Positions 28,966-39,335 of a stretch of DNA of 64,000 nt are shown here, in pieces. A program made the position numbers and the translations under genes. The stretch's first letter is position 1, and every line of letters starts with the position of its first letter. The DNA is from Candidatus Poribacteria bacterium. Lineage in GTDB: Bacteria; Poribacteria; WGA-4E; PCPOR2b. Where the stretch lies: contig OZ242326.1 of NCBI GenBank assembly GCA_965208325.1, positions 3,872,001-3,936,000 of the forward strand. The letters are read 5' to 3'. The notes beneath the pieces are model-generated. The model worked only from the letters and a program-made list of their open reading frames with translations, was not told where the DNA came from and searched no databases.

Positions 28966-29754
28966 TTATGATTCCCAGACAAAAACTTGTTTCTCGTAAA
29001 TAATTTCAAACCCGTTGCGCTCCAGATTCCTCAGCGATGTTTTAAGCATGGTGAGGGTTTCACTGCAGGCGATTTGGCATCCGAGTTCAGCGGCTCGATT
29101 AAGGCGCGCCTTTATGAGCGCATTTTGCCCGCCCTTTCCTCGGTGCTCTTCAGACGTGGCTGCCCAGCCTAGGTAAGCGGTATTACCATGTATCCCTAGT
29201 ATCGCAGCGCTTACGGGAGCGTGGTTTTCATAAGCTAGAAAGTGTTCAAACTCAGACAGATTAACGCTATCAAAGAAGAACGAACAGTTCCAAGGATTGT
29301 AAATTTGTCTGATTGCATCGGCACGGTTTTCAATCTCTAGCCTAGGGACGCGCTCAACTCTGAGATTGGTGGCGTGCGGCGCTACCTCCTCGACAGGACG
29401 AATTAGCATGGGATACTGCGTACCTTGAAATGGCTTAAACCCTTTGTCTAGTAGCCACGTGACAATTTCATCTCGCTGGGGATTCGGGCTAACCCAGAAA
29501 AAGAATCGCTCAATCTGCGATTCTTCCATTGTGTTCAGGATCTTCAAGAAATCGGTCTGGGAAACCTCGGCACCGCACCCGAAATATTGTACGGCGTTGC
29601 CGTTGGCTGAAGGATACGGCGACGACGCTGAAGACGGATCAATTGTAACAATAGCGTTCCCAATATTACGACACCGATGGTTACGCGACCTCGAACATTG
29701 GATTTCTTTCCGTTTGAAGACCCTGAGTCTCTTGGCAATCTCATAAGTCGTCAT
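28966..29754 (-). CDS. GNAT-family N-acetyltransferase
   Basis: AYLGWAATSEEHRGKGGQNALIKAR acetyl-CoA motif A and SLRNLERNGF; ATG 29754 overlaps the end of the VOC gene. Confidence 0.85.
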   Translation of the reverse strand: MTTYEIAKRLRVFKRKEIQCSRSRNHRCRNIGNAIVTIDPSSASSPYPSANGNAVQYFGCGAEVSQTDFLKILNTMEESQIERFFFWVSPNPQRDEIVTWLLDKGFKPFQGTQYPMLIRPVEEVAPHATNLRVERVPRLEIENRADAIRQIYNPWNCSFFFDSVNLSEFEHFLAYENHAPVSAAILGIHGNTAYLGWAATSEEHRGKGGQNALIKARLNRAAELGCQIACSETLTMLKTSLRNLERNGFEIIYEKQVFVWES

Positions 29755-30142
29755 TTTGTTTATCAATTGGGCTTTCAAAAGCCAACCGGTAACCATCGGG
29801 ATCTTTGAAATAAAAGACATCCATGTTATTTCCAACGAAGGTTTCGCCTACTTGAATGCCGCGCGCTTTAAATTCTCCGTGTGCCGCTTTAGCATCATCA
29901 CAAATAAAATATAGCGTAATCCCACCCCCAAGATTCGCGGGCGATTCGCCTTGAAATTTTTCCAGCATCAAAGCGCTATCGTCGCGTTGCAGCCAGCACC
30001 ACCGCAACTCGCCGTCCTTTACCCACTTGTGCCGCATTTCGAACCCGAGGCCATCAACGTAGAATGCGACCGACTTTGCCATGTCCACAGCGGTGAATAA
30101 GGGGACCGTCTGTGAAATACTGACCTTTGATGAATGCGTGAT
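29741..30142 (-). CDS. VOC/glyoxalase-bleomycin resistance family protein (start possibly ATC at 30142; first canonical start is GTG at 30088)
   Basis: TVPLFTAVDMAKSVAFYVDGLGF ... LYFICDD ... FKDPDGYRLAF. Confidence 0.85.
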   Translation of the reverse strand: MTHSSKVSISQTVPLFTAVDMAKSVAFYVDGLGFEMRHKWVKDGELRWCWLQRDDSALMLEKFQGESPANLGGGITLYFICDDAKAAHGEFKARGIQVGETFVGNNMDVFYFKDPDGYRLAFESPIDKQNDDL

Positions 30143-30255
30143 CTCTACTCCTAATGTGTTCTAGGTTATTGAGTTTCATTTGAATCAGTCGCGAATTGGC
30201 GCGCTTTTGCCCGAATCAGTAGCGCATGTGATACAGGTAAGACCAGCTTAATTGT

Positions 30256-30364
30256 TGTAGGTTGGGTTAAGCGGATTAGACGAAACAGTGTCGGTTTGTT
30301 AGAAAGGTTTGGTGGTTTGATTAAGTCAAAAAATCTTGTTATAGACAGCGTAACCCAACCTACA
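30256..30364. repeat. ~105-bp REPIN-like element, copy 2 (solo arms at 30504-30517 and 41368-41402)
   Basis: Perfect 14-bp terminal inverted repeat TGTAGGTTGGGTTA / TAACCCAACCTACA. Confidence 0.8.
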
Positions 30365-30544
30365 ACCGACCCAATAGGGAGGGCGATTGTCTTCCTCTCC
30401 CAGTTTTTGAAAGGTCTGGTTTTGCTATTATAATTTTACCAAGTTCGTGGTTTTGTATTTATAGCTTTATTTTTCCTCAAATACGTAAATGATATTACCC
30501 ACTTAACCCAACCTACATTACTCAAGGTGTGTCTTGCGTAAAAA

Positions 30545-30856
30545 TCATTCGTCGCCTTCTTTATCGCGTTCTGGATTATCGACAAACCAACCACTGCGCC
30601 ATATTGATCGGATTTCTGCTTCGATGTTTTCTATACGAGATTCTACTGTGTCAATGCAATTGCTGACTTCCTTAATATCCTCTTTGGTAGCAAGAGGTTC
30701 AATTGCTTCCTTAATAGCTGCTTTGATGTCATCTTTGGTAGCTACTGTCAAAAGAATTTCACGGTGTTGTTGCGTAATTTGCAACGTAAGTTTCACGACC
30801 GTGAATATAATCCCAACCGAACCAAACGTGAAGACAATTAACATGGCAACTTCCAT
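30545..30856 (-). CDS. Small membrane-anchored coiled-coil protein with duplicated ATK(D/E)DIK motif
   Basis: N-terminal TM helix, ATKDDIK...ATKEDIK, heptad-like tail; GAGGGAG RBS. Confidence 0.65.
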   Translation of the reverse strand: MEVAMLIVFTFGSVGIIFTVVKLTLQITQQHREILLTVATKDDIKAAIKEAIEPLATKEDIKEVSNCIDTVESRIENIEAEIRSIWRSGWFVDNPERDKEGDE

Positions 30857-31044
30857 TTTTTCTCCCTCGTAACCATATACAGTTGCGTAACCAAGGAAAA
30901 CAAACTTACCGGGACGATAACCACTATTATACTGTTATTAGGTGTGCCAGTGTCTCGTTAGAAATGCGCTCTTGGCAAAATCATTTACTATCCTCGTATA
31001 TCCAACCTCAGGACGATTTTAGCCTGTCACCAATCAGACCATCT

Positions 31045-32538
31045 TCAGAGTATATACTTACTCAAATCCTGATCCTTAACAACTTCCGCTAACTGGTTGC
31101 TGACATAATCCGCATCAATTTTAATATCTCTCTCCTCCATGCTTGGGGCGTTGAAAGACAGGTCATCAAACAGCCTTTCCATAATGGTATGTAAACGGCG
31201 TGCGCCAATGTCCTCAACCGACTCATTGACCTGAAACGCTAGTGCCGCGATTTCGTCAATCGCGTCTTCAGTGATACAAACCTCAACTTCCTCCGTTTTC
31301 AACATTGCGATGTATTGTTTCTCCAGTGCGTTTTTCGGCTCGGTGAGAATCCGTTTAAAGTCGTGCTGATCTAAACTTTTGAGTTCGACCCGAATCGGGA
31401 AACGTCCCTGCAGTTCCGGAATCAAATCCGACGGCTTGGATGCGTGAAAGGCACCCGCAGCGATGAATAATACGTGATCAGTGCGCACCATGCCGTACTT
31501 TGTCGCTATCGTACTTCCTTCAATTATCGGTAGGATGTCGCGTTGAACCCCTTCGCGTGAAACATCTGGTCCAGATTTCGATTCGCGTCCAGCAATTTTA
31601 TCAATCTCATCCAGAAAGACAATCCCCGAATTCTCGACTCGTCCGATAGCTTCCCCCACAACCTTATCCATATCAATCAGCTTTTCCGCTTCCTCCTGCA
31701 TAAGAATGTGGCGCGCTTCATCGACCGTTACGCGGCGTTTCTTCACCTTTTTGGGTAGAAAGCTGCCGAACATATCCTTAAAGTTGATGTCCATTTCTTC
31801 GATACCCGATGGAGAAAAAATTTCAATAAAGGGAACAGATTGGTTCTTCACGCTAATCTCTACCGGCTTATCTTCTAGTTTGCCGTCTCGAAGCATCTTT
31901 CGAAATTTCTCTCGCGTCCGCAAGTACCTAGTTTTCTCTTGTTCACTGACGGCCTCTTCTTGCTCCGGTTCAATCTCCTCGCTATCACCAAGTTCCAAGT
32001 CGAATGTCAACGTTTCAGTATCTTCCCCTTCCTCATCAGTTAAATCACCATCTTCTTCAACGGACTTCTGCTTCTTTATCGCACGCGGCGGCGGCAACAG
32101 ACAATCCAATAGCCGGTCCTCTACCAGTTCCAGCGCCTTCTCTTTGACAGCATCGGTTTGTTCAGCTCTGACCATGTTGATTGCCAAATCCGTTAAGTCC
32201 CGAATCATGGACTCGACATCTCGTCCGACGTAGCCGACTTCCGTGTATTTTGAGGCTTCGACCTTAATAAAAGGAGCGTCAACCAAACGCGCCAAGCGTC
32301 GGGCAATTTCAGTTTTACCAATTCCGGTGGAACCAATCATGATAATGTTTTTCGGTGCAACTTCATCCCGCATATCTTCTTCAAGCATCTGTCGTCGAGC
32401 CCGGTTGCGGAGCGCAATTGCTACCGCGCGTTTCGCTTCGGACTGCCCGATGATATATTTATCTAGCTCTTCTACAATCTGTTTTGGCGTGAGTGCATCT
32501 GCTAGTGTTTTCTTGGGTGAAAGTGACGGTGTCTCCAA
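31045..32538 (-). CDS. hslU: ATP-dependent protease ATPase subunit HslU
   Basis: [63 protein letters not shown] start after GGAGG. Confidence 0.97.
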   Translation of the reverse strand: METPSLSPKKTLADALTPKQIVEELDKYIIGQSEAKRAVAIALRNRARRQMLEEDMRDEVAPKNIIMIGSTGIGKTEIARRLARLVDAPFIKVEASKYTEVGYVGRDVESMIRDLTDLAINMVRAEQTDAVKEKALELVEDRLLDCLLPPPRAIKKQKSVEEDGDLTDEEGEDTETLTFDLELGDSEEIEPEQEEAVSEQEKTRYLRTREKFRKMLRDGKLEDKPVEISVKNQSVPFIEIFSPSGIEEMDINFKDMFGSFLPKKVKKRRVTVDEARHILMQEEAEKLIDMDKVVGEAIGRVENSGIVFLDEIDKIAGRESKSGPDVSREGVQRDILPIIEGSTIATKYGMVRTDHVLFIAAGAFHASKPSDLIPELQGRFPIRVELKSLDQHDFKRILTEPKNALEKQYIAMLKTEEVEVCITEDAIDEIAALAFQVNESVEDIGARRLHTIMERLFDDLSFNAPSMEERDIKIDADYVSNQLAEVVKDQDLSKYIL

Positions 32539-32647
32539 ATGTGAACCTCCAGTTTCTTCTTTAGTTTTGGGGTGCCAGCGCAAATGATGTCGGGGGTTTT
32601 CTCGCTGAAACTATGTGAGCGCTTAGTTTGAACTAGGTGAATGGTCG

Positions 32648-33187
32648 CTAAACGTCAATTGACTCAATATCAATCTGCTTGTTGGTATAAATGCAGATAT
32701 CGCTTGTAATCTTCATAGCTTCCTCGACAATCCGTGCGGCAGTGAAATCAGAGTGGTTCAATAAGGCTTTAGCGGCTGCGATTGCAATCGACCCGCCCGA
32801 TCCAATGGCTAACGTTCCATCATCGGGCGAGATTACGTCCCCGCCGCCCGAAAGTAGATATGCCCCATCGGCGTCCACGGCAATCATCAATGCATCTATG
32901 CGCCTGAGAACTCGATCGCTTCGCCAATCCCTGGCTAGCTCGACAGCCGCTCTCCGTAGATTTCCGCGATACTGTTCCAACTTATTCTCTAACTTTTCAT
33001 AAAGCGCAAGCGCATCGGAAGCCGATCCGGCAAATCCCAAAAGGACGCGGTCGTTATATACTTTACGAATTTTTTTGGCGCCGTGTTTAACTGCAATATC
33101 GCCCAAGGTGACCTGCCCATCGCCGCCGATTGCCACCTGTTTACCACGGCGTACACTCAAAATGGTCGTTGATTTAATCTTTGGCAT
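32648..33187 (-). CDS. hslV: ATP-dependent protease peptidase subunit HslV
   Basis: Short propeptide, then TTILSVR, GDGQVTLG, GFAG, AIGSGG, ICIYTN. Confidence 0.96.
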   Translation of the reverse strand: MPKIKSTTILSVRRGKQVAIGGDGQVTLGDIAVKHGAKKIRKVYNDRVLLGFAGSASDALALYEKLENKLEQYRGNLRRAAVELARDWRSDRVLRRIDALMIAVDADGAYLLSGGGDVISPDDGTLAIGSGGSIAIAAAKALLNHSDFTAARIVEEAMKITSDICIYTNKQIDIESIDV

Positions 33188-33192
33188 AAGTC

Positions 33193-33861
33193 TTAGAAAT
33201 AATAAAACAGTAAAAAACCGAATAGTTGCAATGCGCCCATACAAAGCCCGCATCGGAGTCCAGCCACTATCAGATTTTGTCCTCGAAAGTAATACGGGGA
33301 AAGCAAAAAGGTCAACGAAAATGCCATTGGGACAAAGGCTGGAATGGTGCCGACAAAAGGAAAATTCTCAAGGTAACTCGCGTTCCAATTCCACAGTCGG
33401 GCAGACCCGAGTCGATCAAATACAACGCTGCTAAGAAAAACGGCACAAGCTGTAATCACTGCCGCGATATAGGGATATCTCCACTTCAAACTGAGACGGT
33501 GATAAAAATAGATAGTTACGCTTAAAGCTATTAACCAAGTCAATAGCAAACTCAACGGAACCGTGGGCACCCGAATATCGTTAAGACTCAAGTAGAAAAT
33601 CAGATGTTCTTGGTGAACTTTCTGTGAAATATACCAGTCTAACGGCAGGTAGATAATTAAGGAAATCGCACTTGCAATCACGCTGCGCGACAAATTTGAC
33701 GATTCATCCAACCTCCGGAGCACAAAACCGAACACCCCGGATATTATCAGCACGTTCAAATAGAGCAGCCAAATCGACCCTAGTTTGGCGTTAATCAGAA
33801 ACGTCAAAAAGGTCGTAGTAGACGCAATAATGACAGTCTTGTCTGTATGAGTAATTGCCAT
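33193..33861 (-). CDS. Hypothetical polytopic membrane protein
   Basis: About six or seven hydrophobic segments; ends 5 nt before the hslV start. Confidence 0.7.
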   Translation of the reverse strand: MAITHTDKTVIIASTTTFLTFLINAKLGSIWLLYLNVLIISGVFGFVLRRLDESSNLSRSVIASAISLIIYLPLDWYISQKVHQEHLIFYLSLNDIRVPTVPLSLLLTWLIALSVTIYFYHRLSLKWRYPYIAAVITACAVFLSSVVFDRLGSARLWNWNASYLENFPFVGTIPAFVPMAFSLTFLLSPYYFRGQNLIVAGLRCGLCMGALQLFGFLLFYYF

Positions 33862-34128
33862 TGTGGCAGAAACGCAATTTTGTGCAGATTGCGAACCGAG
33901 ATAGTTACATTATACCGTGTAGCCCTCTTTGCCGCAAGTCCAAAAACAAAGAGGGTTCGCCATTTGCCCCACCGCTCCTTGCGGTAAAGTGTGCGGACAA
34001 CGTGGTTCTCATTCCGTGTCATCCTACCCGGACGGTGTCGGACGGTAGCCGATTGGCAATAAGCTGATTATAGCAAAGATTCGGCATTGCGCGCAAATGA
34101 AACTGCAGGTTTAGCCTTAGAAACACGG

Positions 34129-34157
34129 TTGAATTCCACTTCCAGATTTAGTATAAT
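34129..34157 (+). promoter_or_regulatory. sigma70-type promoter
   Basis: TTGAAT-17-TATAAT upstream of the ORF at 34225. Confidence 0.6.
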
Positions 34158-34224
34158 TATGAAGTGAAATCTCTCAATCTTCGTTCGAAAATCCTAATCC
34201 AATCACACTAAAACGGGAACGGTT

Positions 34225-34521
34225 ATGTATCTCGCTTTCGCGGCAGATAAACAGAATTTCGAACCTTACGAAATTTCTCGAACATTACGAGGACAACTTC
34301 ACTACTTTACTGAAGGTGAGATTCGGGACAGTGAAAAACCCAACGACTATTTTTTCCCGCTCGAGCGCACCGCAGAACTGCTTGATACGGGCGTATTTTA
34401 TCTCGTTTCGCCGCTCGACGATAGAAATCGCGCGGAGATTGAAATCACAGCGGAGCAAGAAGATTTTTTGGAGTGGCTGGTTGCAAATGAGATTGAACGG
34501 ATACGCGTTACAGAAGCATAA
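34225..34521 (+). CDS. Hypothetical acidic protein
   Basis: 98-aa ORF between a promoter and the epimerase gene. Confidence 0.65.
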   Translation: MYLAFAADKQNFEPYEISRTLRGQLHYFTEGEIRDSEKPNDYFFPLERTAELLDTGVFYLVSPLDDRNRAEIEITAEQEDFLEWLVANEIERIRVTEA

Positions 34522-34559
34522 ATGTGCGGATGTGGTGTTCCTGTGTTGCGAGGAATTTT

Positions 34560-35519
34560 ATGGCGTATTATTTGGTCACGGGCGGCTGTGGCTTCATCGC
34601 CTCTCATCTGGTTGAGGCATTGGTGAAACGAAATGAACAGGTTCGTGTATTCGATAACTGTACAACCGGCGCCACAGATAACATAGCGGCGGTAAAGGAT
34701 CAGATTGAGTTTATCAATGGAGATTTGCGGGATTGCGAAGCCGTAGGTAGGGCTGTTGACGGAGTCGATTATATTATGCACCAAGGGGCATTGCCCTCCG
34801 TCGCGAGATCTGTCGCAAACCCAATCCGCAGCAACGATGTGAACATCGGTGGAACATTGAATATCCTTGTTGCTGCGAGGGATGCAGGTGTGAAGCGTGT
34901 TGTTTATGCAGGATCCTCATCTTCTTATGGAAATTTAGCTGTACTTCCAAGATCTGAAAACCTTCCGTCCCAACCAGCTTCACCTTATGCGCTCACCAAG
35001 TACGTTGGAGAGTGTTATTGCCGAATCTTTACCGAAATTTACGGTCTTGAAACTGTTGCATTAAGATATTTCAATATTTTTGGTCCCCGCCAAAATCCAA
35101 ACTCCCCATATTCCGCTGTTATTCCTCGCTTTATTAGCGCCGGTTTAATCGGCGATCCCCCAACGATTGATGGAGACGGAGAACAATCGAGAGATTTTAC
35201 TTACGTCGCAAATGCGGTTCATGCGAATCTCCTCGCCTGTCACGCTGAAGGGGCAGTTGGAACCGTCTTTAACATCGGGTGCGGCGAGCAAACATCAATT
35301 AACCGGCTTGCTGCTCTCATCGGTGAGTTGATGGAGCATAAAATCAAACCCGTTTATGCACCGGCGCGGGTTGGAGATGTTCGGCATTCACGCGCGGACA
35401 TCAGCAAAGCGCAGCGCCTGTTAGGCTATCAACCGAAAGTTAGTCTTAAAGCTGGATTGCGAGAAACTATTGATTGGTTTCGGCACAAACCCATGCCTTC
35501 ATACCCAACGGCAGGATAA
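34560..35519 (+). CDS. NAD-dependent nucleotide-sugar epimerase/dehydratase (WbpP-like extended SDR)
   Basis: VTGGCGFIASH, SSSSYG, YALTK, LRYFNIFGPRQ, GDGEQSRDFTYV; AGGA RBS before ATG 34560. Confidence 0.92.
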   Translation: MAYYLVTGGCGFIASHLVEALVKRNEQVRVFDNCTTGATDNIAAVKDQIEFINGDLRDCEAVGRAVDGVDYIMHQGALPSVARSVANPIRSNDVNIGGTLNILVAARDAGVKRVVYAGSSSSYGNLAVLPRSENLPSQPASPYALTKYVGECYCRIFTEIYGLETVALRYFNIFGPRQNPNSPYSAVIPRFISAGLIGDPPTIDGDGEQSRDFTYVANAVHANLLACHAEGAVGTVFNIGCGEQTSINRLAALIGELMEHKIKPVYAPARVGDVRHSRADISKAQRLLGYQPKVSLKAGLRETIDWFRHKPMPSYPTAG

Positions 35520-35596
35520 GTTGTCTATAGCAAGCTTGGTGTGTTCCCGCCATAAAGTGCCGTCCCCGCTTTTTTAAGGTATTTACCATAAAAAAC

Positions 35597-35626
35597 TTGA
35601 AAAAATACGTCTGCTTGTGTTATCAT
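35597..35626 (+). promoter_or_regulatory. Promoter upstream of moaA-suf
   Basis: TTGAAA-18-TATCAT with a TGn extended -10. Confidence 0.55.
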
Positions 35627-35680
35627 ACCTGCGCAAGCTAAAACAAACGATGTCCTCTTGAAATCGCCGCTTTTATAACG

Positions 35681-36676
35681 ATGAATACCCAGTTAATTGA
35701 CCGTTTCGATAGAATTCATACTAACCTACGCATTTCCGTGACGGACAAGTGTAACCTGCGCTGCATCTACTGTATGCCAGAAGACATGGCGTTCATGGAA
35801 AATGAAGGCATTATGAGCTTCGATGAAATAGTCTACTTGACCCGGGTTTTCGTTGAACTAGGAGTTAATAAAATTCGGATTACAGGCGGTGAGCCGCTAG
35901 TTCGTCCGGGGGTTCCGAATCTCATTAGGCAACTGAGAGGCATTGAAGGGATAAAAGATATTAGCTTGACAACCAATGGCATCGGTTTAGCCAAGCAAGC
36001 AAAGGCGTTATATGATGCCGGACTGCGCCGTATTAACGTCAGTCTTGATACACTGAACGAAGAAAAATTTGAGCAAATGACGCGGCGCAAGATGCTTGCA
36101 AAGACGCTTGAGGGACTAAAAGAAGCACAGCGTTGCGGGTTCAATCCCATAAAAGTGAATGCAGTCGCAATGCGGGGATTTACCGATGACGAAATTATTG
36201 ACCTCGCTCAGTTTGCTCGTGAAAATGCATATCAACTGCGGTTTATTGAATTTATGCCTTTAGATGCGGACGACATTTGGGGGCGCAACATGTTTGTACC
36301 GGGCAAAGCGCTAATCGGTAAAATCAATGAAACCTATCCACTAGCACCAGTTTACACGAATGGAGATGGGAATCATGAACCGGCGGCGCGCTACCGTTAT
36401 TTAGATGGCGGCGGCGAAATTGGGGTCATCGCTTCGGTAAGCGAACCATTTTGCGATCAGTGTAATCGCATACGACTTACTGCCGACGGTAAATTCCGTG
36501 CCTGCCTCTTTTCGCTTACAGAAACCGACCTGTTGACGCCGTTACGTGCAGGATTGCCCAAGAAAAACCTCGCCAATCTCATCATTGACGCCGTAAAACA
36601 GAAAGAAGCAGGCCATAAAATCAATTCAACAGACTTCGTAAAACCTTCACGAAATATGTCCATGATAGGTGGATAG
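35681..36676 (+). CDS. moaA: GTP 3',8-cyclase MoaA
   Basis: LRISVTDKCNLRCIYC, TGGEP, FCDQCNRIRLTADG...CL, C-terminal IGG. Confidence 0.97.
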   Translation: MNTQLIDRFDRIHTNLRISVTDKCNLRCIYCMPEDMAFMENEGIMSFDEIVYLTRVFVELGVNKIRITGGEPLVRPGVPNLIRQLRGIEGIKDISLTTNGIGLAKQAKALYDAGLRRINVSLDTLNEEKFEQMTRRKMLAKTLEGLKEAQRCGFNPIKVNAVAMRGFTDDEIIDLAQFARENAYQLRFIEFMPLDADDIWGRNMFVPGKALIGKINETYPLAPVYTNGDGNHEPAARYRYLDGGGEIGVIASVSEPFCDQCNRIRLTADGKFRACLFSLTETDLLTPLRAGLPKKNLANLIIDAVKQKEAGHKINSTDFVKPSRNMSMIGG

Positions 36677-36800
36677 TGGCACCACGAAAGGAACCAAGTC
36701 ATTGAACGCTCGGTATCAAAAACAGTGTTCTATGGCGTGTTCGTGCTTTTCACTAGCCACTTGCCACTAACCACTGCTTTAAGGAGTTTAACGGACCTTA

Positions 36801-37586
36801 ATGAGCAACAATTTAGTCATTGATAATTTGCACATCAGCGTGGAAGGACAACCCATTATCAAGGGTCTGAATTTGGCGGTCAAGCAGGGAGAGATTCATG
36901 CACTTATGGGACCGAATGGTTCCGGTAAAAGTACGCTCGCAAACGCACTCATGGGGCACCCATTCTACGAAGTAGATTCAGGTGAAGTCACTTTTGATGG
37001 TGAAGATATTCTCGGCTTGGAACCGAATGAACGTGCAAGGCTTGGTCTTTTTCTCGCATTTCAATACCCGACCGCCGTGCCCGGTGTGAGTATGGCGAAT
37101 TTCCTCCGTATGGCCGTCAGCGCGGTGCGTGCTGAAAATTCAAATGGTGGCGAAACGACAGAACTCATTCCAATGCGCGAATTTCGGCGGGAATTGCGCG
37201 ATAAAATGAAGCGGCTCGGCATAGATGAATCGTTCGCCCGACGCTATCTCAACGACGGGTTTTCAGGCGGAGAGAAGAAACGAGCTGAGGTTTTGCAACT
37301 GGCAATGCTCGAACCAAAGATCGCAATTCTTGATGAGACGGATTCTGGATTAGACATTGACGCCGTGCGAATCGTTGGTGAAAGTGTTAGCCAATTGATC
37401 GGATCAGAGTTAGGCGTCTTGATCATTACCCACTATCCACGTCTCCTCAACTATATCCGTCCGGAATTCGTACACATTCTCCTCGATGGTAAAATTGTGG
37501 AATCCGGCGGATGGGAACTCGCCCAACTTTTGGAGGATGAAGGATACGACCCAATACGGGAGAAATACGGAATCGCACCGCTATAA
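36801..37586 (+). CDS. sufC: Fe-S cluster assembly ATPase SufC
   Basis: GPNGSGKST, FLAFQYP, GFSGGEKKR, LDETDSGLDID. Confidence 0.97.
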   Translation: MSNNLVIDNLHISVEGQPIIKGLNLAVKQGEIHALMGPNGSGKSTLANALMGHPFYEVDSGEVTFDGEDILGLEPNERARLGLFLAFQYPTAVPGVSMANFLRMAVSAVRAENSNGGETTELIPMREFRRELRDKMKRLGIDESFARRYLNDGFSGGEKKRAEVLQLAMLEPKIAILDETDSGLDIDAVRIVGESVSQLIGSELGVLIITHYPRLLNYIRPEFVHILLDGKIVESGGWELAQLLEDEGYDPIREKYGIAPL

Positions 37587-37667
37587 TCCATAACCAATAA
37601 TATGCAACAAATTTAATTACGCTTTACTCATTACGCCTTACTCCTTACCCCAACGAAAGGACACAAC

Positions 37668-39086
37668 ATGGCTTCACCCAATATGCAAATTCAAGAAAAT
37701 CTTAACGTGGACAGCGAGTATAAGTACGGGTTTCATGATGATATTAAACCTGTCTTCAAATCTCGCAAGGGCATCGATGCTGAAATCATTAACCAGATGT
37801 GCGATGTCAAAGGTGAACCTGACTGGATGCGCCAATATCGGCTGAAAGCTTATGAAATCTTTAAACAAAAGCCGATGATTAAGTGGGGCGGCGATCTCTC
37901 TCAACTCAACTTCGATGACATTTATTATTACGTCAAGGCTTCTGATCGGAGTGAGCGCAGTTGGGATGACGTTCCCGATGACATCAAAAAAACCTTCGAT
38001 CGGCTCGGTATCCCCGAAGCCGAACGGAAGTTCCTCGCTGGCGTCGGTGCGCAATATGATTCGGAAGTTGTCTATCACAACATTGAGGAAGAACTGGATA
38101 AGATTGGTGTGGTCTTCGTCGATACTGACACCGCCGTTCGCGAATATCCCGATCTTGTTAAAGAATATTTCGGGACAGTTATCCCGTCAGCGGATAACCA
38201 GTTTGCCGCACTCAACAGCGCTGTCTGGAGTGGCGGCAGCTTCATCTATGTTCCGCCCGGCGTTAAGGTCGATTATCCACTGCAAGCGTACTTCCGAATC
38301 AACACCGAAAATATGGGGCAGTTTGAACGGACGCTGATTATTGCAGACGAAGGTGCTCAAGTTCACTACGTAGAAGGTTGCACAGCCCCCACATACTCCA
38401 GCGAGTCGCTGCACAGCGCCGTTGTCGAGATTATCTGCAAGAAAGGGTCGCGCGTCCGCTACACCACAATCCAGAACTGGGCAAATAACGTGTATAATCT
38501 TGTTACTAAGCGAGCCGTCGCCTACGAAGATGCCCATATGGAATGGATCGATGGTAACTTAGGATCCAAGCTGACTATGAAGTACCCCAGCGTTTATATG
38601 AAGGGCAAAGGCGCACATGGTGAGATTCTCTCGATCGCTTTTGCGAGCAAAGGTCAGCATCAGGATGCAGGGGGGAAAGTCATTCATTGCGCGCCGAACA
38701 CGACTTCGCGTATCACCTCCAAGTCCATTAGCAAGGACGGTGGACGTTCTAGTTATCGTGGTGAGCTCAAAGTCCTTAAGGGCGCAAACCAGTGTAAATC
38801 TAACGTTGTCTGTGATGCCCTCATCCTTGATGAAGAGTCTCAATCTGACACCTATCCGGTCATCGAAATTGGTGAAAATGACGTAAATATTGGACATGAA
38901 GCGCGTGTCAGCAAGATTGGAGAAGAACAGTTATTCTATCTCATGAGCCGCGGACTTTCCGAAGAGGAGGCCTCGACGATGATTGTTAATGGGTTTATCG
39001 AACCGCTCGTTAAGGAACTTCCAATGGAATATGCGGTGGAGATGAACCGGCTAATCCAACTTCAGATGGAAGGGTCGGTTGGATAG
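37668..39086 (+). CDS. sufB: Fe-S cluster assembly protein SufB
   Basis: [45 protein letters not shown]. Confidence 0.97.
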   Translation: MASPNMQIQENLNVDSEYKYGFHDDIKPVFKSRKGIDAEIINQMCDVKGEPDWMRQYRLKAYEIFKQKPMIKWGGDLSQLNFDDIYYYVKASDRSERSWDDVPDDIKKTFDRLGIPEAERKFLAGVGAQYDSEVVYHNIEEELDKIGVVFVDTDTAVREYPDLVKEYFGTVIPSADNQFAALNSAVWSGGSFIYVPPGVKVDYPLQAYFRINTENMGQFERTLIIADEGAQVHYVEGCTAPTYSSESLHSAVVEIICKKGSRVRYTTIQNWANNVYNLVTKRAVAYEDAHMEWIDGNLGSKLTMKYPSVYMKGKGAHGEILSIAFASKGQHQDAGGKVIHCAPNTTSRITSKSISKDGGRSSYRGELKVLKGANQCKSNVVCDALILDEESQSDTYPVIEIGENDVNIGHEARVSKIGEEQLFYLMSRGLSEEEASTMIVNGFIEPLVKELPMEYAVEMNRLIQLQMEGSVG

Positions 39087-39098
39087 AAGCAGTCAAAA

Positions 39099-39303
39099 CT
39101 AGCGCGTGTTGACATTTTGGTGGTACTAATGCGACATACAACCTTTTAATTCGCCAAAAACCCAAGTCGGGGGCGATGTCTGACGTATAAGGGCAACCAC
39201 ATGCGTTGCCCCTAAAAGGATTATGTAGGGGCAGGTCTTGTGCCTGCCCAAAAACTTAGGGCATGGAGATGGGTTCAAATTTCCAATTGTCAACAGAAAC
39301 TAG
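39099..39303. mobile_element. MITE copy 2, between sufB and sufD
   Basis: CTAG-CGCGTGTTGACATT ... AATTGTCAACAGAAA-CTAG; same length and orientation as 16218-16422, with scattered substitutions. Confidence 0.85.
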
Positions 39304-39335
39304 TCACGCGCCGCTGCTTTAAATAGGAGACGGAT

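Noticed and set aside
28797..30517. Integron cassette array (attC sites) around the VOC and GNAT genes
   Set aside because: The arms read GTTGGGT...ACCCAAC, the reverse order of attC (RYYYAAC...GTTRRRY), and no integrase is present.
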